From the NCBI GenBank assembly GCA_051886215.1, contig JBJEXX010000016.1:4877-68876 (forward strand): 64,000 nt of DNA, read 5' to 3'. Under the pieces are notes generated by a model that was not told the DNA's origin, made no database searches, and saw only the letters and a list, made by a program, of their open reading frames with translations. Below are positions 57,268 through 64,000 of the stretch, piece after piece; the stretch's first letter is position 1; each line of letters begins with the position of its first letter. Source of the stretch: Bacilli bacterium (GTDB taxonomy: Bacteria; Bacillota_I; Bacilli_A; RF39; UBA660). A program made the position numbers and the translations under genes.

Positions 57268-57295
57268 TTGTCAAAAAGTAAAATTATGATATACT
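57268..57295 (+). promoter_or_regulatory. Putative promoter for the beta-helix protein gene
   Basis: TTGTCA, 16-nt spacer, TATACT. It is preceded by a near-repeat, ttgtcgaaaaatg. Confidence 0.35.
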
Positions 57296-57342
57296 AAATT
57301 TAGTAGTTAAAAAACTATAATTATTATATATTAGGAGGGTTT

Positions 57343-58764
57343 ATGGAAAAGAAAAAAACAAATAGCAAAAAAACTACTTCAAAGATTGATACAAGCAAAA
57401 AAGTAGTTGATTCTGTAGAAAAAGATGATAATCTAAAAAAGATTATTGCCGCAATTGTAGTAATTGCATTATTATTGATTGCTTTAATTTCATTTAAAGC
57501 ATGTTCTAAAGAAGAAGAACAACCTAAAAAAGATGAAGAGATAATAGAAAAGGAAGAAGTTGTTGAAGAAACAACAGAACCAGAAGATACTTCATCTTAT
57601 ATACCAACTGCAGTAGTTAATGTAGTAGAAAATAAAACAACTACATCTGCAGCAGCAGTTGTTTCTCAACCAGTTGAGAAGAAAAATTTAGTTATTCGTA
57701 TAAAATTACCAGGAAATTTAGTGGCTGATGGAACTGAAAAAGCTTCAGAAATAGTTTTTGAAGATGAAGAAGGTAACGAAGTTGAAATAACTGATTATAC
57801 AGTAGTTTATACTAATGAAGATGGTACTGAATTAGAAGGTGCTCCAACTGAAATTGGAATATATACAGTAACTGTTACATTTGGAGGTAATGATGAGTAT
57901 GAAGCAAATACTGCTACAGCAACTTTTGAAATAGTAAAAGCACCAATTGCAGTAAGCGATTATGATTCATTCGAGCTTGCTTTAGAAGAAGCTGAAGATG
58001 GTGATACAATTGTTGTTGACTCAGTAATTGAGGATGATATTACAATTGATAAATCTATTATCCTAACAGGTACAGAAGAAAGTTTTATTGCTGGTAAAGT
58101 AGTAGTAACTGCAAGTGATGTGGTTATAGATTCAGTAACTATTAAAGATATTAGTACTGGAGTAGATACAGGAAAAGGAAATGGTATAGCATTAGTTAAA
58201 GTTGAAACTACAGGTGATTTTACATTTACAAATAATACAATTGAATCTATAACTGGTAAAGCATATAATGCATTATTTATTAATGCTGAAGGTATTGTGA
58301 CAATTGAAAACAACACATTCGGAGATACAGATAATAATATATATAATACAATTGAATTATCTTCTGCAACTCCATTAAAAGATGGTAGTTCAATAAGTGG
58401 AAACTATTTTGCTAACGAAGGAAATAGCCATAATCAAATAAATATTTATAACTTTGAAGATGGTGCAACTATTAATCTATCTAATAACACATTTGAATAT
58501 TCTGCAAATGGCTACCGTATTGCTAATATTGGTGGAAAGACTGTTAATATAGATATGACTAATAATACATATAATACTACAGATTCTTATGTTGATTATG
58601 CTGGATTAATTTGCTTCCAACCATGGCCAGGTGAAAGTGTTGATTATTCAAATATGACTATTGATATGACTGGATTAACAAATAATAGTGGTGAAGAACA
58701 AATATATTATTATTATGATGCTACAAGACAAGATGAAATAGTTGAAGCAAATATTATTAGATAA
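57343..58764 (+). CDS. Membrane-anchored surface protein with right-handed parallel beta-helix repeats
   Basis: TM anchor, acidic linker, then repeated ...(V/I)x(V/I)xN(N)TF... and ...SGNYF..., NLSNNTFEYS and DMTNNTYNTT segments typical of pectin-lyase-fold beta-helices. Confidence 0.45.
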   Translation: MEKKKTNSKKTTSKIDTSKKVVDSVEKDDNLKKIIAAIVVIALLLIALISFKACSKEEEQPKKDEEIIEKEEVVEETTEPEDTSSYIPTAVVNVVENKTTTSAAAVVSQPVEKKNLVIRIKLPGNLVADGTEKASEIVFEDEEGNEVEITDYTVVYTNEDGTELEGAPTEIGIYTVTVTFGGNDEYEANTATATFEIVKAPIAVSDYDSFELALEEAEDGDTIVVDSVIEDDITIDKSIILTGTEESFIAGKVVVTASDVVIDSVTIKDISTGVDTGKGNGIALVKVETTGDFTFTNNTIESITGKAYNALFINAEGIVTIENNTFGDTDNNIYNTIELSSATPLKDGSSISGNYFANEGNSHNQINIYNFEDGATINLSNNTFEYSANGYRIANIGGKTVNIDMTNNTYNTTDSYVDYAGLICFQPWPGESVDYSNMTIDMTGLTNNSGEEQIYYYYDATRQDEIVEANIIR

Positions 58765-58770
58765 TTTAGA

Positions 58771-58792
58771 AGACTAGAAATAGTCTTTTTTA
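58771..58792 (+). terminator. Rho-independent terminator
   Basis: agacta-gaaa-tagtct hairpin followed by T6. Confidence 0.6.
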
Positions 58793-58827
58793 ATTTGCTA
58801 TGATATAATCAATAAAGAGGTGATACT

Positions 58828-60048
58828 ATGAGTAAAGTTATAGTTATAGGAGGCGGTGCATCTGGTTTAGTCTCAGCTATTTATGCATCTAAAAATAATG
58901 AAGTAACAATTATAGAAAAAAATGATATATGTGGTAAAAAGATTTTAGTAACAGGTAATGGTAGGTGTAATTATTATAATGCTTTTCAAGATTTAAAGCA
59001 TTATAATGAAAGTGCTAGAAATTTTTTAAAAAATGTAATCACAATAGAAAATCAGCAAGAAGTATTATCTTTCTTTGAGTCTATAGGAATTATACCTCGT
59101 ATTAAGAATGGCTATTTTTATCCATATTCTAATCAGGCTTCTAGTATTAGAGAAGCTTTAGTAAAAGAAGCTAAAAATAGAAATATAAAATTTATTAATA
59201 ATTTAATTGTTAAAGAAATAAAAAAAGATGATAGTTATTTTCATATTAATCCCGAAGAAGAAAATATTATATGTGATAAAGTGATTCTTGCGATGGGTTC
59301 TTATGCTGGAGTAAAAGAGAAAGATGAAGTTACAGGTTATGATATTGCTAAATCATTCGGACATAATGTAAAAAAAGTTTTACCATCTTTGGTCCAATTA
59401 AGGGGACAAGGAAACTATTTTAATAAATGGAATGGAGTAAGAACAGAAGCTAAATTAACTTTATATGAAGATGATATATTGATTAAAGAAGAACAAGGAG
59501 AAATTCAATTAACTGATTATGGTATAAGTGGAATTTGTACTTTTAATTTAAGTGGTATAGTATCGCGTGGACTTGATTTAAATAAAAAAGAATCTATAGT
59601 AATTAATTTTTTACCATTCTTAAATTTTGAAACTAGAAAAGAATATTTAAATTGGTTTGAAAATAGAAACTCATTAGTTAAAAATAGAACTATAAGTGAA
59701 TTATTAGAAGGATTATTAAATTATAAATTAGTACAAGTTTTACTAAATAGCGCCCATATAAAAAGTAATTTAAAATATGATCAATTATCTAATGAAGAAA
59801 AAAACAATTTATTAACTGCACTTATTTCTTTTAAAATAAATATTATTGGAACCAATTCTTATGAAAAGGCTCAAGTTTGTAGTGGCGGTATTTCTGTTGA
59901 TGAAGTAAATTATCAAACTTTTGAATCTAAAAAGTGTAAAGATTTATATATAATAGGTGAAATGTTAGATGTAGATGGTGAGTGTGGAGGATATAATTTA
60001 TCTTTTGCATGGTTTAGTGGAATAATTTCGGGAAAAAGTTGTAATTAA
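58828..60048 (+). CDS. HI0933/YhiN-family FAD-dependent flavoprotein
   Basis: MSKVIVIGGGASGLVSAIYAS...VTIIEKND..GKKILVTGNGRCN is the N-terminal signature of HI0933-like (aminoacetone-oxidase-family) proteins. Confidence 0.65.
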   Translation: MSKVIVIGGGASGLVSAIYASKNNEVTIIEKNDICGKKILVTGNGRCNYYNAFQDLKHYNESARNFLKNVITIENQQEVLSFFESIGIIPRIKNGYFYPYSNQASSIREALVKEAKNRNIKFINNLIVKEIKKDDSYFHINPEEENIICDKVILAMGSYAGVKEKDEVTGYDIAKSFGHNVKKVLPSLVQLRGQGNYFNKWNGVRTEAKLTLYEDDILIKEEQGEIQLTDYGISGICTFNLSGIVSRGLDLNKKESIVINFLPFLNFETRKEYLNWFENRNSLVKNRTISELLEGLLNYKLVQVLLNSAHIKSNLKYDQLSNEEKNNLLTALISFKINIIGTNSYEKAQVCSGGISVDEVNYQTFESKKCKDLYIIGEMLDVDGECGGYNLSFAWFSGIISGKSCN

Positions 60049-60075
60049 TGCCTATATTATTTATAGGAGGTTACA

Positions 60076-60933
60076 ATGAAACAAGAACAGATATATTTAA
60101 TAAGTAAACTATTTAACAATGAAACAATTAGAACTATTTGGGATAAAGAAAAAGAAAAATATTATATTAGTGTAGTTGATATAGTAGGAATTTTAACTGA
60201 AAGTTCTAATCCTAGACATTATTGGAATGTTTTAAAAGGAAGATTGAAAGAAGAAGGAAATAAAACGGTCACAAATTGTGACCGGTTGAAATTAAAAGCA
60301 GCTGATGGTAAATATCGTTTAACAGATGTTGTTGATATTGAAGGAATGTTTAGAATTATTGAGTCTATTCCCAGTAAAAATGCAGAACCAGTAAAACAAT
60401 GGTTGGCACATTTAGGTAAAGAAAGAATAGATGAAACTTTTGATCCATCAATTAGTATAGAACGAGTTATAGATTTGTATAGATTAAAAGGTTATGATGA
60501 AAATTGGATTACAAAAAGAGTTAAAACTATTCAAGATAGAAAAGAATTGACCGATGTTTGGAAAGAAAATGGAATAAAAGAAAGCTCTGAATACGCAATT
60601 CTTACTAACGAAATATATAAAACTTGGTCCGGCATGACTGTTCAAGAATATAAAGAGTTTAAGGGACTAAGAAAAGAAAGTTTAAGAGATAATATGGATA
60701 ATATAGAACTTATATTAACTGACTTATCTGAAGAAGCAACTAAAAGACTTGCTCAAAAACAAAAGCCTAAAGGAATAGGAGAAAATATAAAAGTTGCGCA
60801 TATAGGTGGCAATGTAGCCAAAGTGGCAAAAGAAACATTAGAAGATAATTTAGGAGAACAAATTATCAGTAATACTAATAAATTAAATTATAAATATATT
60901 GAAGAAAAACATTTAGAAAATAAAAATAGGTAG
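60076..60933 (+). CDS. DinD / Bro-N-domain protein (DNA-damage-inducible protein D-like)
   Basis: F.NETIRTIWDKEKEKYYISVVDIVGILTESSNPRHYWNVLKGRL parallels E. coli DinD (FEEIRHYGTEGQEFWSARELAPLLGYRDWRNFQKVL). C-terminal FKGLRKESLRDNMDNIEL parallels RKGLKKNQKILDHMGSTEL. Confidence 0.55.
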   Translation: MKQEQIYLISKLFNNETIRTIWDKEKEKYYISVVDIVGILTESSNPRHYWNVLKGRLKEEGNKTVTNCDRLKLKAADGKYRLTDVVDIEGMFRIIESIPSKNAEPVKQWLAHLGKERIDETFDPSISIERVIDLYRLKGYDENWITKRVKTIQDRKELTDVWKENGIKESSEYAILTNEIYKTWSGMTVQEYKEFKGLRKESLRDNMDNIELILTDLSEEATKRLAQKQKPKGIGENIKVAHIGGNVAKVAKETLEDNLGEQIISNTNKLNYKYIEEKHLENKNR

Positions 60934-62525
60934 TGGTAAAAGTGATAAAAATAAGACAAATAAAAATATCTATAATAGATAATATTGATTTAATAGAAAA
61001 AGTATCTAAAAAACTTAAAATAAAAAGAGAAGAAATTTCAGATTTAAAAATAGTTAAAAGATCAATTGATGCTAGAGAAAAACCAAATTTATATTATATT
61101 TATGAAGTGGATGTAAAAGTATCTAATGAAGATAAAATATTAAAAAGAAATATAAAGAATGTATCGTATACAGAAGAGATACATTATCAAATACCTAATT
61201 GTGGTAACAAAGAATTAATGAATCGCCCTATTATAGTAGGAAGTGGTCCGGCAGGTTTGTTTTCAGCTTTACTTTTAGCAGAAAAAGGTTATAATCCTTT
61301 AATTATTGAAAGAGGAGATAAAATAGAAGATAGAGTAAATAAAGTAGAAAATTTCTGGAAAACTAATAAATTAGATGAAAACTCTAATGTTCAATTTGGT
61401 GAAGGTGGTGCAGGTACTTTTTCTGATGGTAAATTAAATACTTTGGTAAAAGATAAAGAAAAAAGAGGAGAAAAAGTATTTAAAACTTTTGTTAAGCATG
61501 GTGCTGATGAAAGTATCTTATATGATAATAAGCCTCACATAGGGACTAATCTTTTAAGAAAAGTCATAACTAATTTAAGAAATGAAATTATTTTTTTAGG
61601 AGGGGAATTTAGATATAATTCAATTCTTACTGATATAATATATGAACATAATAAAGTTAAAAGTATTATCATTAATGATAAAGAAACAATTGATTGTGAT
61701 GTGTTAGTTCTAGCTATTGGTCATAGTGCTAGAGATACTTTTGAAATGCTTCATAAAAATAATATTCAAATGAAGGCAAAACCATTTGCGATTGGAGTTA
61801 GAGTTCAGCATAAACAAGATATAATAAGTAAAAATCAATATGGAGACAATTACAAATTATTACCACCAGCAAGCTATAAATTAACGTATAAATCTAAAAA
61901 TAATAGAGGAGTTTATTCATTTTGTATGTGCCCAGGAGGATATGTAGTTAATGCCTCAAGCGAAAATAATAAATTAGTCATAAATGGTATGAGTAATAAC
62001 GAAAGAGAAAGTGAGAATGCTAATTCTGCTATTATAGTAACCGTATCTCCAGATGATTTTGGACATCATCCTTTAGATGGAATTAAATTTCAAAGAGATT
62101 TAGAAACTAAAGCTTTTAAAATAGGAAATGGAAATATTCCTACTCAAACATTAAAAGATTTTTATGAAAATAAAAAAACTACAAAGTTGGGTAGTATAAA
62201 ACCAATATTTAAAGGTAATTATACTCTCACTAATTTAAATGAAATATTACCAAGTTATATATGTTCATCTTTAAAAGAAGCTTTTCCTTATTTTGAAACA
62301 AAAATAAAAGGTTTTTCAGATCCTAATACTATAATATCCGCAATAGAAAGTAGAACTTCATCTCCAATAAGAATAGAAAGAGACGAAGAATATCAAACTA
62401 ACATTAAAGGAATTTATCCAACAGGAGAAGGTAGTGGTTATGCAGGAGGTATTACAACTTCAGCAATAGATGGAATAAAAGTTGCGGAACAAATAATTAA
62501 AACATATAAAAAAAACTATTTATAA
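60933..62525 (+). CDS. FAD-dependent protein (COG2509-like NAD(FAD)-utilising dehydrogenase)
   Basis: IIVGSGPAGLFSALLLAEKGYNPLIIERG dinucleotide-binding motif about 95 aa from the N-terminus. About 530 aa, an architecture typical of COG2509. Confidence 0.6.
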   Translation: MVKVIKIRQIKISIIDNIDLIEKVSKKLKIKREEISDLKIVKRSIDAREKPNLYYIYEVDVKVSNEDKILKRNIKNVSYTEEIHYQIPNCGNKELMNRPIIVGSGPAGLFSALLLAEKGYNPLIIERGDKIEDRVNKVENFWKTNKLDENSNVQFGEGGAGTFSDGKLNTLVKDKEKRGEKVFKTFVKHGADESILYDNKPHIGTNLLRKVITNLRNEIIFLGGEFRYNSILTDIIYEHNKVKSIIINDKETIDCDVLVLAIGHSARDTFEMLHKNNIQMKAKPFAIGVRVQHKQDIISKNQYGDNYKLLPPASYKLTYKSKNNRGVYSFCMCPGGYVVNASSENNKLVINGMSNNERESENANSAIIVTVSPDDFGHHPLDGIKFQRDLETKAFKIGNGNIPTQTLKDFYENKKTTKLGSIKPIFKGNYTLTNLNEILPSYICSSLKEAFPYFETKIKGFSDPNTIISAIESRTSSPIRIERDEEYQTNIKGIYPTGEGSGYAGGITTSAIDGIKVAEQIIKTYKKNYL

Positions 62526-63427
62526 TATAAATTATTATCAAAAGTTTTTATAATGTTAATAATTTTATTATTTAGTTTTTTTATTTTGTTAATTGTAAAC
62601 CATTTTATCTTTTTATTATTAATACTATGTTCTAATTCAAAAACTTGATTAAGATATTCCGTTAATAAATGATAACTATTATTTATTCCTGTAATATCAT
62701 TAAACCATTTATCAATATCATTTATATTACCATTAATTCTTAGTGAATTAAGAGTTGATATAAAAGTTTTATTATTAAGTAAAGTTTTACAAATATATAC
62801 TTCTAAATAATAAGAATTAGATAAATACTTATTATTAATTTCTCCATTTATAGAATATAAAGTATTTTGAATAGCAATATTACTTATACTATTGTAATCG
62901 ATATTTTTAATTATATTAATAATATCTGTTGTTTGATTTGTATTTAAAATTTCTTCTAAAATAGAATTGTTATCTTTTTCTATTGGATTTAAATTTAAAT
63001 CATAATTAATATATGAAAGTCCACATCTAAGTTTTATTATATTATCTTCTATAATTATTTCGTTATTATAAGAATTAATTGCGTGATTATATTCATGAAT
63101 TAAATTATCTAATAAATTAATTAAACTTATATTTTCATAATTATTAATAACAATACGTTTTTTTGTTATTATTTTATCATTTTCCTTAACTGGAATACTT
63201 TGATAAAAAGCTAAGATTCTTTGATTGGTTTTATTACTTATAAATATTGGAACATTAGAAAAAGTATTGATAATTAATCTTTCTTTATCAAATCCATATT
63301 TTGTGATAAATGCATAAATAACTATTCCCAATAAATGTGATATATTAGATGGATAATTATATTTAATAGAAATTGTATTCGCAATATCATTATATTTATT
63401 AATTGTCTCATTTATATTATTATTCAT
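62516..63427 (-). CDS. Cytoplasmic HExxH...CG protein, paralog 2 of 28185..29339
   Basis: LIHEYNHAINSYNNEIIIEDNIIKLRCGL shares the HExxH-xx-S-Y-(N/D)-xE...L-CG pattern with paralog 1. No signal peptide. Converges on and overlaps the upstream + strand gene by 10 nt. Confidence 0.4.
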   Translation of the reverse strand: MNNNINETINKYNDIANTISIKYNYPSNISHLLGIVIYAFITKYGFDKERLIINTFSNVPIFISNKTNQRILAFYQSIPVKENDKIITKKRIVINNYENISLINLLDNLIHEYNHAINSYNNEIIIEDNIIKLRCGLSYINYDLNLNPIEKDNNSILEEILNTNQTTDIINIIKNIDYNSISNIAIQNTLYSINGEINNKYLSNSYYLEVYICKTLLNNKTFISTLNSLRINGNINDIDKWFNDITGINNSYHLLTEYLNQVFELEHSINNKKIKWFTINKIKKLNNKIINIIKTFDNNLYYK

Positions 63428-63758
63428 ATCTATATTTTAACACATAAAATATTTTTCTTGCATAACTTTAATAAAAAAATTAGTATAAATTTATTATTGA
63501 GTTATTTTTTATGCGAAGTATAGGATTATATATTGAAAAAGTGAAATAATATTGGGATAAATAAATTTTTCCAATTGACAGTTAGATTATTAATTATAAT
63601 ATGGGTTATTAGGTGTCTCATTTTTGATATCATTATGATATTAGTTGCATAGATTTTTTTTAAGATATAGAAAAATTTATACTAAAAATAAATAAAAAAA
63701 GTCTTATAAATTTCACAAAATTTACATTTTATCTTGTTATTATTATATTGGTGATTTC

Positions 63759-64000
63759 ATGAAACGAGATCTATATTATGATAATTTAAAAGGTTTTTTA
63801 ATTATTTGTGTAATATTTTGGCATACTTTAAGCAATGTTTTTGGATATTATGACAGAGATTATAGTTATTTTAAATTTGTTTTATTTTTTATGATGGTAT
63901 TATTTGTATTTATTAGTGGTAAATTTGCTAAATCAAGTAGTAGAACTCCTTTGCAAAGAACTTTAAAAATATTTTTAGTATTTATCATTGCGCAAATAAT
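63759..64000 (+). CDS. Acyltransferase-3 family membrane protein (OatA/OafA-like), 5' part; continues beyond the window
   Basis: YYDNLKGFLIICVIFWHTL...FMMVLFVFISG matches the N-terminal TM1-2 of acyltransferase family 3. Confidence 0.55.
   Translation, partial: MKRDLYYDNLKGFLIICVIFWHTLSNVFGYYDRDYSYFKFVLFFMMVLFVFISGKFAKSSSRTPLQRTLKIFLVFIIAQI

Noticed and set aside
63575-63602. TTGACA...TAATAT promoter about 150 bp upstream of the acyltransferase gene
   Set aside because: The spacer is 16 nt with an imperfect -10, and the element is far from the start codon. It is plausible but not better supported than chance matches in this AT-rich intergenic region.
1-64000. CRISPR arrays, tRNA/rRNA genes, IS elements, integrases, prophage blocks
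   Set aside because: No regularly spaced direct repeats of 25-40 bp are present. No GC-rich cloverleaf-sized islands appear in this ~25% GC sequence. No DDE transposase, tyrosine recombinase or serine recombinase motifs occur in any long ORF. The only phage-like genes (ChW-GH25 lysin, DinD/Bro-N, holin-like/M23) are isolated.

Overview
This 64 kb window is very AT-rich (roughly 25% GC by eye) and comes from a low-GC Gram-positive (Bacillota) chromosome. It is densely coding, almost entirely on the + strand, and has no rRNA, tRNA, CRISPR array, transposase or integrase. From 5' to 3' it holds: (i) the 3' end of hisS followed by an archaeal-type aspS; (ii) a ~18 kb block of secreted and cell-wall-remodelling genes: an NlpC/P60 hydrolase, Big_2 and Listeria-Bacteroides-repeat surface proteins, an ATLF-like HExxH protein, an LCP ligase, a GH73 glucosaminidase carrying a dockerin, a holin-like small protein plus a signal-less M23 peptidase, an unusually long sigma-70-family factor and a VanW protein; (iii) mscL, a TasA/camelysin-like protein, a SEDS protein and comEA-comEC; (iv) a rearranged stretch downstream of comEC with two divergent DUF1016 (YhcG-like) PDDEXK nuclease paralogs, a duplicated, decayed comEC 3' fragment, an unidentifiable gene remnant and a cytoplasmic HExxH...CG protein; (v) yigZ, sspI, lemA and a DUF2207 gene; (vi) a ~24 kb cell-wall glycopolymer locus with an ABC (Wzm/Wzt-like) exporter, many GT2/GT4 glycosyltransferases, a three-component Gtr-like side-chain glycosylation set, a Wzx-like flippase, two LicD phosphotransferases, a predicted CDP-activated amino-polyol head-group pathway, a ChW-repeat GH25 muramidase and rmlACDB; (vii) a beta-helix surface protein, two flavoproteins flanking a DinD/Bro-N gene, a second HExxH...CG paralog and the start of an acyltransferase-3 gene. 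The items most worth follow-up are the comEC-3'/DUF1016 duplication, the two HExxH...CG paralogs, the holin/M23/long-sigma module, the dockerin-bearing autolysin beside a membrane-anchored cadherin-like protein, and the cytidylyltransferase-oxidoreductase/aminotransferase/GNAT/LicD set. All calls come from reading the translations and the DNA only; no searches were run.
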